Positions 9,355 through 18,368 of a stretch of 64,000 nt of DNA are shown here, in pieces. Under the pieces are notes generated by a model. It worked only from the letters and a program-made list of their open reading frames with translations, had not been told where the DNA came from and made no database searches. Origin of the DNA: Gammaproteobacteria bacterium (GTDB lineage: Bacteria > Pseudomonadota > Gammaproteobacteria > RBG-16-57-12); NCBI GenBank assembly GCA_022712945.1, contig JAFLJP010000122.1, positions 1,853-65,852 of the forward strand. The letters are read 5' to 3'. Both the position numbers and the translations under genes were made by a program. Numbering within the stretch: the first letter of the stretch is position 1; the number at the start of each line of letters is the position of its first letter.

Positions 9355-9380
9355 ATTGGTATTTTGGTTCTCGTGGTGTT

Positions 9381-10256
9381 TCAGGAGAGCAGTAAACCCT
9401 CTATCATCTGCTCTGCCTGGCGAATATAGCCACCACCGAACAGATTGCCATGGTTCAAAATATGATAGAGATTGTAGAGGTTTTTACGTTGTTGATGCCC
9501 TTCATCCAGAGGGTAAGCGGCTTGGTAAGCATCGTAGAAACCGGGTGAAAAACCGCCGAACAGCTCAGTCATTGCCAAATCAGTCTCTCGATCACCGTAA
9601 TAGAGTGCTGGGTCAAAAATTAGTGGCTCTCCCTGGCGGTTAAAAGCGTAGTTCCCCGACCAGAGATCACCATGCAGCATGGAAGCGGCGGGCTGATGCC
9701 CCTCAAGCAGCTGGGGCAGCGCGGCCAATAGTTGTTGGCCCAGCGATTGAACAGACCCCTGGTAGCCAGCCTCAGCCAACAACTGTAGCTGCGGGGCGAT
9801 GCGCTGATCGCGCCAGAAAGCCAACCAGCTATCACCCTGGTCATTACATTGGGGGGTGGTGCCAATGGTATTGTGACGGTGCCAGCCAAAATGATCTGCG
9901 GTGGTGCGGTGCATATCAGCCAACTGTTGTCCCAACTGTGCCGGGCTGTTGCTGTGAGCGGCACCCAGGGCGATGTATTCCATCGCAATAAATGCACGTG
10001 AACCGGCCACGCCGCAGCAGATCGGGGCTGGTACTTGAATGGTATTGCCAGCCTTGATCTCCAGCAGCGCCTGGTATTCCGCTTCAAACATCGGTAGTTG
10101 GCTGGCGGCATTCAGCTTTACAAAAACCGCCTGGCCATTATCTTCTAGCAGATAAGCGGCATTAATATCACCGCCACTGATCGGTCGAGGGTTTTGTGCT
10201 GCAAACGGCTGATTCAGCGCATCGGCAATGTGTTCAGAAATATCAGACCACGGCAT
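9381..10256 (-). CDS. fructosamine kinase family protein
   Basis: N-terminal ISGGDINAAY and kinase-like core typical of fructosamine-3-kinase/YniA family. Confidence 0.7.
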   Translation of the reverse strand: MPWSDISEHIADALNQPFAAQNPRPISGGDINAAYLLEDNGQAVFVKLNAASQLPMFEAEYQALLEIKAGNTIQVPAPICCGVAGSRAFIAMEYIALGAAHSNSPAQLGQQLADMHRTTADHFGWHRHNTIGTTPQCNDQGDSWLAFWRDQRIAPQLQLLAEAGYQGSVQSLGQQLLAALPQLLEGHQPAASMLHGDLWSGNYAFNRQGEPLIFDPALYYGDRETDLAMTELFGGFSPGFYDAYQAAYPLDEGHQQRKNLYNLYHILNHGNLFGGGYIRQAEQMIEGLLLS

Positions 10257-10375
10257 AAGGGACTCCTATTTGCTATCACCCTGATCTGGATAGTTTATGA
10301 ATTATTCGGGTTAGGATAGTGTTCGCTCTACCCGCTGGCTATAATGACGTTATCATAAAATCGCGAGAGTTGATG

Positions 10376-10933
10376 TTGATGCTGAAAAAACCGCAACTAC
10401 TACATGCCGAAGTGGTGGCACACACCCAGGTATTTAAAGTTGAACAGCTTGATTTGCGCTTCGCCAATGGTACCGAGGTGCGATATGAGCGTCTGCTTGG
10501 CTCTCAGGATGGCGCTGTTTTAATTATTCCGATGATCGATGAACAGACGGCGCTACTGGTGCGTGAATATGCAGCGGGGGTGGGCGATTATCAGCTGATG
10601 TTGCCCAAGGGCCGTATCGAAAAAGGGGAGCCGCCACTCGATGCCGCCAACCGGGAGATGATGGAAGAGATTGGCTATGGTGCCAGCAAACTGACCCACA
10701 TCACCACCCTCAGCCAAGCCCCCTCCTATCAAACCCACGCCACCCATATTATTCTCGCCGAACAGCTCTACCCCGAAAAAAGGCAGGGGGATGAGCCAGA
10801 GCCCCTTGAGGTGGTGCCGTGGCGGCTGGATAATCTGCCTGAGCTATTTGCCACTGGTGAGTTCAATGAAGCACGCAGTGTGGCGGCCATCTACATGGCG
10901 CGGGATTTAGCGCTCACCGCGCGGGGCCAATAA
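10376..10933 (+). CDS. nudE: ADP compounds hydrolase NudE (NUDIX)
   Basis: Strong similarity to E. coli NudE along its length (REYAAGVGDYQLMLPKG..., Nudix box REMMEEIGYGA, GDEPEPLEVVPW, FNEARSVAA); ORF track start 10319 is probably upstream of the true start. Confidence 0.85.
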   Translation: MMLKKPQLLHAEVVAHTQVFKVEQLDLRFANGTEVRYERLLGSQDGAVLIIPMIDEQTALLVREYAAGVGDYQLMLPKGRIEKGEPPLDAANREMMEEIGYGASKLTHITTLSQAPSYQTHATHIILAEQLYPEKRQGDEPEPLEVVPWRLDNLPELFATGEFNEARSVAAIYMARDLALTARGQ

Positions 10934-11739
10934 TGCACCCAACACCCAATGATTTGATTCCGATGTTGATTATGCTGTGTCGCTGTACCGGCAATCGCAT
11001 TAATGAGATCTACAACGGTAAGTTTCAGATTGAGCAAAAGTCGGATATGACACCGGTCACCTGTGCTGACATCGCTGCCCATTGCGCCATCGTCTCTTGT
11101 CTGGAGATGATCACACCCGAGATTCCGGTGCTCTCTGAAGAGGCGGATGAAACCCCTTTTGAAGAGCGCCGCCACTGGCAGCGTTACTGGTTGATTGATC
11201 CGGTTGATGGCACACGGGAATTTATTAATCGAACCGGCGAGTTCACCATCAACATCGCGCTGATTGAAAATAACCAACCGATTTTAGGGGTAATTTATGC
11301 CCCCGTAATTGGTGCCTGCTACTACGCCAGCCGTAATAACGGGGCGTTTAAACTGCTCACAGGACAACAAGCACAAGCGATCAATGTCCGGTACAGTGAC
11401 CGACAAAAACTGGTGGTTGCCGCAGGACGCTCAGGCACCACGCCTGAGTTTGAACACTACATCAGCCAATTTATTGAACCACAGGTGATTACCATTGGCA
11501 GTTCATTAAAGTCGTGCCTGATCGCCGCAGGCGAAGTGGATATCTACCCGCGCTTTGGCCCTACCTCCGAGTGGGACACCGCCGCCGCGCAGTGCATTCT
11601 TGAAGAGGCGGGCGGAATGATTACCGACACCAACCTGCAACCCTTGCGTTACAACACCAAAGAGTCACTATTAAACCCCGACTTTCTCGCTTTTGGTGAT
11701 GTTGACCATGATTGGAGTTGTTACTTGCGATGCAAGTAG
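10933..11739 (+). CDS. cysQ: 3'(2'),5'-bisphosphate nucleotidase CysQ
   Basis: Inositol monophosphatase family motif WLIDPVDGTREF; start overlaps nudE stop (TAATG). Confidence 0.85.
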   Translation: MHPTPNDLIPMLIMLCRCTGNRINEIYNGKFQIEQKSDMTPVTCADIAAHCAIVSCLEMITPEIPVLSEEADETPFEERRHWQRYWLIDPVDGTREFINRTGEFTINIALIENNQPILGVIYAPVIGACYYASRNNGAFKLLTGQQAQAINVRYSDRQKLVVAAGRSGTTPEFEHYISQFIEPQVITIGSSLKSCLIAAGEVDIYPRFGPTSEWDTAAAQCILEEAGGMITDTNLQPLRYNTKESLLNPDFLAFGDVDHDWSCYLRCK

Positions 11740-11919
11740 CTATGAATTCTCCTCACCAATATATTCAAAGCGAGCAATCAGCTCGCCATTTACCTCCACC
11801 GACTCACTGAACATACCGGCGGGTCGTACCCACAGTGATTGATCGCCATAGAGTGGACGATAAACCACCATTGGCTCCACTGTGCTGAAAATGCACCTAA
11901 TTACGCATATCAAATAATT

Positions 11920-11999
11920 GTAGGAGCCATCTTTAGATGGCGAAACAGGTATCGCGGCACCTCCACAAGAATTTATCGCAAGCTAAAGCTGGCTCCTAC
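11920..11999. repeat. family C 80-bp element with 9-bp terminal inverted repeats (GTAGGAGCC...GGCTCCTAC)
   Basis: About 81% identical to the inverted copy at 24848-24927; internal hairpins ccatctttagatgg and agctaaagct. Confidence 0.6.
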
Positions 12000-12010
12000 G
12001 TGTAGAGACA

Positions 12011-13195
12011 CTAGTTTTCATATCCTCTACGGGCAGATAACAGCAGATTACGCGGTGTTAAAGTGCGATCACAAAAGTGGCTTATCTGCACATGGTAGCC
12101 GCTTAACTCCAGATAACAGGCCATATCCAACACCAACCATATTTCAAGGGCACGGCGAAAGGCAAAACGTGGCAGTGAGAGTCGCATGCTCTCTCGCTGG
12201 CGCTGTTGGCCCTCTGTTTGGTAGTGTTGCCAATCAATGTTGTCAGGCAATTTGTGGCTATCACGCTGTGCCAGATGTTGGCAAAAATGCTCAAAACCCT
12301 CCCGTAACCACTGTTTGTTAAACGGCTTGATCGGCTGGTAAGGCAGCCCAAGCTGCTGTTGCAATATCAGCTCATACCCCAGCTTCCAGACCATCTCCCG
12401 GTCGCGCCATTTCAACTCACGGCGGCTGGCGGTTGCTACCCCGGTAACCGCTAAACGCAGCGCGTTGTGATCCAGCTGTAATGTTAAGCCATCGGTAAAA
12501 GGGGAGTAACTTTTCTCGTGGGTGCGGTAGTAACAGCAGGGGGCAAGATCGAATGCTGGCAGTTGATGGGCCACTGCCTGACGAATTAGGGTGCAGTGCA
12601 ATTCACCACAGGCGTGCAGTGCAATGGTGTGTTGCTGCTGTATAAGCCTCTTTGGCAGTGGTGCCAATACATCAATATTTTTAAAGTGCTGATCAACACC
12701 GCTGCGCTGTACCAGCTGCTCCCCGGCGGCACACAACTGTGCATCCCACTCCAGCGTGGTCACCGGCTGCTGCCACTGCATCGCCATCAAACGCCCCAGA
12801 TGACCTTTACCACCACACCACTCCAGAATGGGACGCTCAACTTTACCGACTGCCGCGCTAAAAGCTTGAATCTGTTGCCACTTGCGCCCCGGAATCGCAC
12901 TATGAAAACGCGGGTTCAGCGGCTTTAGTGCACAAAATTCAGCCTCGGCAACCGCGGTAAGCGGGGTCATATCAGAGAGTTCGGGGAGATAAGGCCGTAA
13001 CAACGCCAAGAGTGCGAAGTGGTCACCCTGCATCATTGCCAGCTCATCATCACTGAGCCTCAACAACTGTTCAGTCAATACCGGTAAACGCTCACACCAC
13101 GCCGGGCGCGACTGCTTAAAGGGCTGGGGATGCCAGAGCCATTGGTAGTCACTCAACAACTGATCCAGCTGCGGTAATTTTTGTTGGTATTTCAT
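12011..13195 (-). CDS. hypothetical protein, possible SAM-dependent methyltransferase (Methyltransf_32-like)
   Basis: LEWCGGKGHLGR and LHACGELH / CCYY motifs reminiscent of the PF13679 methyltransferase family; weak. Confidence 0.4.
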   Translation of the reverse strand: MKYQQKLPQLDQLLSDYQWLWHPQPFKQSRPAWCERLPVLTEQLLRLSDDELAMMQGDHFALLALLRPYLPELSDMTPLTAVAEAEFCALKPLNPRFHSAIPGRKWQQIQAFSAAVGKVERPILEWCGGKGHLGRLMAMQWQQPVTTLEWDAQLCAAGEQLVQRSGVDQHFKNIDVLAPLPKRLIQQQHTIALHACGELHCTLIRQAVAHQLPAFDLAPCCYYRTHEKSYSPFTDGLTLQLDHNALRLAVTGVATASRRELKWRDREMVWKLGYELILQQQLGLPYQPIKPFNKQWLREGFEHFCQHLAQRDSHKLPDNIDWQHYQTEGQQRQRESMRLSLPRFAFRRALEIWLVLDMACYLELSGYHVQISHFCDRTLTPRNLLLSARRGYEN

Positions 13196-13295
13196 TGGTG
13201 GCAGAGTAGCACGGTTTTAATATCCGCTATGGCGTGCGTGACAAGTGCACTCTACAATGCGGTTAATGAATAAACCCCACCCGAGTTGAAATCGA

Positions 13296-14612
13296 ATGAA
13301 TGAATGGTTGGCAAGGCGCTATAGCAAAGAGCAGCAGCGCGGTGGTTTTATCGCCACCACACCGGAGAGCAATTATCAGCGTGACCGGGCGCGGGTGATT
13401 CATTCCGCAGCACTGCGTAGTCTGCAATCCAAAACACAGGTACTGAGTGTCGGTGAGAGTGATTTTTATCGCACTCGCCTGACTCACTCGCTGGAGGTGG
13501 CACAGATCGGCTCGGGCATTTGCGAAACACTGCATGATAAATACCGGGATGATGCGGATATTCAACACTGGTTGCCCTGCATGCCGTTGATAGAGGCGAT
13601 CTCTCTCTGCCACGACCTGGGGCATCCGCCCTTTGGTCACGGTGGTGAGGTGGCGCTTAACCACATGATGCACGCCCACGGGGGGTTTGAGGGTAATGGT
13701 CAGACACTGCGCATTATTGCCCGCCTGGGGGAGTATTCACCCGAGCAGGGCTTTAACCTCACCCGGCGTACTCTGTTGGGGGTTCTTAAATACCCGGTGC
13801 TGTATAGTGATGTGGTCAATTATCCCGATGATATTGAAGCGCATGGCAACAGCAATATCTCCCGCTGGGAGCCACCCAAGTGCATTATGGATGACGAGGC
13901 GGAGATACTTGAGTGGATTCTTGAGCCCTTCTCGGAGCAAGACCGCCAGCAGTTTCGCAGGCTTCAGCAACACCCCGACAGACACCACCGCGCCCTCTTC
14001 AAGGCATTCGATACCTCAATTATGGAGATTGCTGACGATATCGCCTACGGGGTACACGACCTTGAAGATGCCCTGACCATGCGTCTGGTGGATTTTCATC
14101 ACTGGAAAAAAGAGGTGGTAGAACCCATCATCGCGCTGGGCGACAATGATGTGAGCCGCGAGATTGAGTTTTATAACCAGAAGCTGTTTGCCGACAAGAA
14201 AGCCCGCAAACATGCGATCAGTAAGTTGGTCGGTTTTTTGGTGCAGCATATCGAAATTCAGCAGTGTGAAAAATTCTCCCACCCACTACTCACCTATCAG
14301 GCGACGCTGATTTCACCCGCCCATGAGATCCTCAACCTGCTGAAAGCCTTTATCTTCAAACATGTGATTAAATCACCCGAGGTACAGGCACTGGAGTTTA
14401 AAGGTCAACAGATGATTCAGCGCCTATTTAAGGTGTTAAGTGAAAACCCGATGCGCCTGTTGCCGGAAGAGCATCAACTGCTGTATCAATCAGCCAACAA
14501 CCCTCAGCGGGTTATCTGCGACTACATTGCCAGTCTTACCGATAGTCAGGCCACCAAGCTGTATCACAAGCTGTTCACACCCAGTAGCGGGTCGATTTTT
14601 GAGCGCTTATGA
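13296..14612 (+). CDS. dgt: dGTP triphosphohydrolase-like HD-domain protein
   Basis: HD motif LTHSLEVAQIG...CHDLGHPPFGHGGE typical of the Dgt family. Confidence 0.85.
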   Translation: MNEWLARRYSKEQQRGGFIATTPESNYQRDRARVIHSAALRSLQSKTQVLSVGESDFYRTRLTHSLEVAQIGSGICETLHDKYRDDADIQHWLPCMPLIEAISLCHDLGHPPFGHGGEVALNHMMHAHGGFEGNGQTLRIIARLGEYSPEQGFNLTRRTLLGVLKYPVLYSDVVNYPDDIEAHGNSNISRWEPPKCIMDDEAEILEWILEPFSEQDRQQFRRLQQHPDRHHRALFKAFDTSIMEIADDIAYGVHDLEDALTMRLVDFHHWKKEVVEPIIALGDNDVSREIEFYNQKLFADKKARKHAISKLVGFLVQHIEIQQCEKFSHPLLTYQATLISPAHEILNLLKAFIFKHVIKSPEVQALEFKGQQMIQRLFKVLSENPMRLLPEEHQLLYQSANNPQRVICDYIASLTDSQATKLYHKLFTPSSGSIFERL

Positions 14613-15290
14613 GTCGCAGCTGACCGTTGCCAGGTAATCATCTAATGTTCGCCCCGGAACCGAGACAAATGTTTCCGTTAATGCCGTCACCTGCTGCATA
14701 CGGTCTAAACGAAAATGGCGAAATTGATCCCGCAGCTCGCACCACGCAGTTAAGGTCCACACTTTACCCCAGTAAAAGATACCCAAGGGGTGAATGGTAC
14801 GTTGGGAGTGCTGCCCATCTTCACGGGTGTAATTAAAAGCCACCTTCTGTTGCTGCTTAATCGCTTCCCGCAGCAATGAAAGGTGTTGCACCGCTTCATT
14901 ATTGGTCATGAAATCCGGCACCATAACCTCTTGGCGTGCCAGCTCCGGCTTCAGCCGTTCTGGTAGTACATTTTCAATTTTCCGAATCGCCATTTGTGCC
15001 GCTTTGGCCAGTGTTGGATCACTCCACACCTGCATCATTCGTGCACCAATCATCAGTGCCGCCAGCTCCTGCTTGTTAAACATGAGAGGTGGCAGGTGAA
15101 AACCCTTCATCAGCCGATAACCCACCCCGGCCTCGGATTCAATCGGCACCCCGGAGAGCGAAAGATCCTGCATGTCCCGGTAGATGGTACGTTCAGAAAC
15201 CGACAGCTCATCGGCAAGGTAACGCGCCGTCACCACCCGCCTGTCACTCAGCAGTTGAATGATTTGAAACAGGCGGTCAGCGCGACGCAT
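14607..15290 (-). CDS. YafY-family transcriptional regulator (DeoR-type HTH + WYL domain)
   Basis: N-terminal HTH RRADRLFQIIQLL...SERTIYRDM; C-terminal WYL-like GIFYWGKVWTLTAWCELRDQFRHFRLDRM. Confidence 0.8.
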   Translation of the reverse strand: MRRADRLFQIIQLLSDRRVVTARYLADELSVSERTIYRDMQDLSLSGVPIESEAGVGYRLMKGFHLPPLMFNKQELAALMIGARMMQVWSDPTLAKAAQMAIRKIENVLPERLKPELARQEVMVPDFMTNNEAVQHLSLLREAIKQQQKVAFNYTREDGQHSQRTIHPLGIFYWGKVWTLTAWCELRDQFRHFRLDRMQQVTALTETFVSVPGRTLDDYLATVSCDS

Positions 15291-15298
15291 GGGGACTC

Positions 15299-15343
15299 CT
15301 TAGGGATGTAGAATTTATTAAAATACCGATGCTACATCCCTTA
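15299..15343. repeat. truncated family A element (left TIR plus a short fragment of the right TIR)
   Basis: cttagggatgtagaatttattaaaataccg + atg + ctacatccctta; compare 63757-63923. Confidence 0.5.
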
Positions 15344-15363
15344 CTACTTTATGTGGGATGAAT

Positions 15364-15774
15364 TTAACCCGCGTTATTCAAACACTCTGCGTTATAGGTT
15401 ATGAAGGTGATAACCGCTCCTTGTGGATCTTGTACCACCACGAAACGCCCCACACTGGGAATATCCTGCGGCCCCATACAGACTTTGCCGCCCAACTGTT
15501 CTGCTTTTTTTGCCGTACTCTCCACGTCATCGACAGTGATGTAGCCTCCCCAGCTGGCGGGCATCCCTTTGGCCTCTTTTGGTATCGCCATCACTCCCGC
15601 CAGCTGTGTGTCGCCTGATTTAGCCATAACATATTCCATCTCTGCATCTGGGCACGCCGCTAGCTGCCAGCCGAGCAGTTCACCATAAAAGGCTTTGGCC
15701 CCTTCAACATCCGTGGTCATCAACTCATTCCAACTGAATGCCCCGTGTTTTTTCATTGCTTCTTCGCTGTACAT
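15364..15774 (-). CDS. VOC family protein (glyoxalase/bleomycin-resistance/dioxygenase fold)
   Basis: N-terminal FSWNELMTTDVEGAKAFYGELLGWQL typical of VOC proteins. Confidence 0.8.
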   Translation of the reverse strand: MYSEEAMKKHGAFSWNELMTTDVEGAKAFYGELLGWQLAACPDAEMEYVMAKSGDTQLAGVMAIPKEAKGMPASWGGYITVDDVESTAKKAEQLGGKVCMGPQDIPSVGRFVVVQDPQGAVITFITYNAECLNNAG

Positions 15775-15824
15775 TGTTGTTTCTCCTTGTTTTGTTATTG
15801 TGGAACCCTGACTTTAAAGCAGGG

Positions 15825-15848
15825 CTACTGACAGCATAGTGTCAGTAG
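15825..15848. promoter_or_regulatory. 24-bp palindrome CTACTGACAGCATAGTGTCAGTAG, candidate operator
   Basis: 8-bp inverted arms TACTGACA/TGTCAGTA with a 6-bp spacer, 51-74 nt upstream of the VOC start; a near-identical copy lies upstream of the second VOC gene. Confidence 0.35.
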
Positions 15849-15867
15849 TGTTTGGTGATACTGTTTA

Positions 15868-16554
15868 TTAATAACGAAGTGCCAGTGAGCGACAAAGAAA
15901 GTGCATTAACGGATCGCCGTGGCGAAAGTAATCCGCAACATTGGCCAGCAGTTCATCTGAGGTGATAAACCCCTCACTCACTGGTGCAATGCCGATAAAA
16001 TCTTTGCGCTTAAGATCGTCTATCATCAGGTGATCTTTGGCGTAGCCCCGAGGGGCGTTTTTCAGTGACTCGCCCACCAGTTCAAAGTGTTGGTAGAAAT
16101 CACTTTTATCTGCAATATTTTCCCACTCCCGAGTTCGCAATAACAGACCATCACGAATCTGCCCCAGGGCCTTGGAGTCTGGTTTCCAGATCCCGACACC
16201 GATAAAGCAGTCCTCTTTTTCAATGTGCAGATAGAAGCCGGGGGCGTGCACATCTTTACCCATTTCATGGCGAAACTGAATGCCAATATTGGTTTTATAG
16301 GGGCGTTTGTCATGGCCAAAGCGGATATCACGATTCACCCGCATCAGTGAACCGCCCACTTTTTTTGGCAGTGCCAAAAAGTGAGGGGAGATGGCGGCCA
16401 GTTCATCGGCCATATCTTCAATAAAGCGCAACGCCGGGCCTCGCACCCGTGCCTCATATTCGGCTTTATGTTCAAGAAACCAGTCACGGTTGTTATTGGC
16501 CGCTAGGCGTTGCAAGAAACCGAAGGTGGCCGGGCTGAAATAACGGTTATCCAT
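15868..16554 (-). CDS. DUF2461 (TIGR02453) family protein
   Basis: FLQRLAANNNRDWFLEHKAEYE...RDIRF signature of the TIGR02453 family. Confidence 0.7.
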   Translation of the reverse strand: MDNRYFSPATFGFLQRLAANNNRDWFLEHKAEYEARVRGPALRFIEDMADELAAISPHFLALPKKVGGSLMRVNRDIRFGHDKRPYKTNIGIQFRHEMGKDVHAPGFYLHIEKEDCFIGVGIWKPDSKALGQIRDGLLLRTREWENIADKSDFYQHFELVGESLKNAPRGYAKDHLMIDDLKRKDFIGIAPVSEGFITSDELLANVADYFRHGDPLMHFLCRSLALRY

Positions 16555-16907
16555 TATTTATCTGACCAGACCGCAAACTCATTACCACTGGGCTCGGTAA
16601 ATTGAAATCGCCGACCGCCTGGGAATGCGAAAATGGGCATCACAATAACACCGCCAGCGGCCTCTATTTTGGCTTGAGTCGCTTCAAGACTCTGGCTATA
16701 AAAGACCACCAGCGCGGCACCGTTAGCGGTGGATGATTTCAATTCAGATGTGTAAAAACCCCCATCGACACCTTGACCTGAAAAGGCCGCATAGTCCGGG
16801 CCGAAATCCTCAAATGACCAGCCAAATATTTGGCTAAAAAACTGTTTTGTTGCCTGAATATCCTTTGCCGGAAATTCAACATAATTTATTTTTTCATGCT
16901 TATTCAC
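16554..16907 (-). CDS. VOC family protein (glyoxalase-like)
   Basis: INYVEFPAKDIQATKQFFSQIFGWSFEDFG typical VOC N-terminus. Confidence 0.8.
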   Translation of the reverse strand: MNKHEKINYVEFPAKDIQATKQFFSQIFGWSFEDFGPDYAAFSGQGVDGGFYTSELKSSTANGAALVVFYSQSLEATQAKIEAAGGVIVMPIFAFPGGRRFQFTEPSGNEFAVWSDK

Positions 16908-16947
16908 TTCATCACTCCCTATCCCTTTGCAAGAAGTATAGATAACA

Positions 16948-16971
16948 CTACTGACAGCATGGTGTCAGTAG
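16948..16971. promoter_or_regulatory. 24-bp palindrome CTACTGACAGCATGGTGTCAGTAG, second copy of the candidate operator
   Basis: 41-64 nt upstream of the second VOC gene start; 23/24 identical to the copy at 15825-15848. Confidence 0.35.
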
Positions 16972-16974
16972 CAT

Positions 16975-17130
16975 TTAGAAACGATCACGAAATAACGTCT
17001 ACATTCTGACGTGCTCTTTTACCCCAGTTCAAACGATCTCAATCGTTACGTAGGCCAGCTATGCGCCTCTTGAGATCGTTTGAACGGGAGCAAAATTCCT
17101 GCATCATAATTGCCTAAGTTATTCCGTGCT
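16975..17130. repeat. composite repeat: family A palindrome split by a ~105-bp insert carrying its own 16-bp-stem hairpin
   Basis: Both arms of the 441-493 element are present (inverted) but separated exactly inside the ttaggg/atgtagac loop; insert contains gttcaaacgatctcaa...ttgagatcgtttgaac. Confidence 0.55.
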
Positions 17131-17181
17131 CGTTCCTTGATAATATTGCAGATTTTTACGCTCAGGTGCACAATCAAGAAC

Positions 17182-18342
17182 ATGACAAAATCCAACCTTG
17201 ATCTCATCAGCATGATTCGCGGCCTTATTGGCACCCCCTCAATGAGCAGCGTGAGCCCGGCATTTGATACCAGCAACCTCGCGGTGATTGAGCTACTGGC
17301 CGCGTGGCTGGAAGATTTTGGTTTCAGCGTAGAGGTGATGCCACTGCCCAACCAGCCCGATAAAGCCAACCTGCTCGCCAGCATCGGCCCGCTGTTTGCT
17401 GAAAGTCAGGGGTTAATGTTTGCTGGCCACACCGATACGGTGCCTTACGATGCCGGGCGCTGGAGTTATGATCCGTTTAAGTTAGTCGAATCCAATCAAC
17501 GCCTCTACGGCCTCGGTAGCTCTGATATGAAAGCCTTTTTTGCGATTGTGCTTGAGGCGCTAAAAGGCATTGAGATCAACAAACTACAGCAGCCGACTTT
17601 CATTCTTGCCACCGCCGATGAAGAGAGTTCAATGATGGGTGCTCGCCGGTTGGTTGAGCGGGGCTGTCCGGGGGTGCGTTATGCGGTGATCGGCGAACCC
17701 ACCGGGCTCCAGCCGATTAATGCTCACAAAGGGATTATGATGGAATCAATTCGGCTCACTGGCCGTGCCGGACACTCCAGCAACCCCGATTTTGGGGCCA
17801 GTGCCTTGGAGGCGATGCACGAAGTGATCGCCGATCTCCTGGCGTGGCGCAAACAGTTACAAGCCGACTTTCGTGATGAGCAGTTCAGCGTGCCGGTGCC
17901 GACTCTCAACCTTGGCCAGATTAAAGGGGGCGACAACCCTAACCGGATTTGTGGTGAGTGCGAGCTGCACATCGACCTGCGCCCACTGCCAGGCATGGCA
18001 CTGGCCGAACTGCGAGAAGAGATCGAAAAACGTCTGCAACGCCGCTTTAAACAGACGGATATCAGCTGGCAACTGGAACAACTCTTTCCCGGTACACCGG
18101 CACTGCACACCCCCGCCAGCTCACCATTGGTACAAGAGGCTGAGGCACTCACCAAGCAGTGTTGCGGTGCGGTGGCATTCTGTACCGAAGCACCCTACCT
18201 GAGTGAACTCGGGATAGAGACCATCGTGCTCGGCCCCGGTGATATTGACCAGGCTCATCAGCCAGATGAATATTTAGCGCTGGATCGTATTGATCCCATG
18301 CAACGGGTGATTCAGCAGTTGGTGAAACGTTTTTGTTACTAA
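17182..18342 (+). CDS. argE: acetylornithine deacetylase (M20 peptidase)
   Basis: M20 motifs GHTDTVP, DMK, and ArgE-like length; start moved to internal ATG (MTKSNLD) because the upstream part of the ORF overlaps the repeat. Confidence 0.85.
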   Translation: MTKSNLDLISMIRGLIGTPSMSSVSPAFDTSNLAVIELLAAWLEDFGFSVEVMPLPNQPDKANLLASIGPLFAESQGLMFAGHTDTVPYDAGRWSYDPFKLVESNQRLYGLGSSDMKAFFAIVLEALKGIEINKLQQPTFILATADEESSMMGARRLVERGCPGVRYAVIGEPTGLQPINAHKGIMMESIRLTGRAGHSSNPDFGASALEAMHEVIADLLAWRKQLQADFRDEQFSVPVPTLNLGQIKGGDNPNRICGECELHIDLRPLPGMALAELREEIEKRLQRRFKQTDISWQLEQLFPGTPALHTPASSPLVQEAEALTKQCCGAVAFCTEAPYLSELGIETIVLGPGDIDQAHQPDEYLALDRIDPMQRVIQQLVKRFCY

Positions 18343-18368
18343 ATTTAAACCAAAGGGAGAAGCGATTT

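Noticed and set aside
9071-9380. Possible cobalamin riboswitch in the nrdJ leader
   Set aside because: No B12-box-like conserved core was recognisable, and B12 riboswitches normally control B12-independent RNRs rather than nrdJ. NrdR-box-like repeats explain the region better.
9620-10111. 163-aa minus-strand ORF (alternate frame) and 9326..9643 plus-strand ORF
   Set aside because: They overlap the fructosamine-kinase-family gene, which has clear family motifs. Neither has motifs of its own.
11839-12321. 160-aa plus-strand ORF containing GAIFRWRNRYRGTSTRIYRKLKL
   Set aside because: The conserved peptide is a translation of the family C repeat, which recurs inverted at 24848-24927. The remainder overlaps the 3' end of the convergent 394-aa gene.
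17110-17181. N-terminal 24 codons of the ORF-track argE ORF
   Set aside because: This stretch is a translation of the repeat element. The ArgE homology begins at the internal ATG at 17182.
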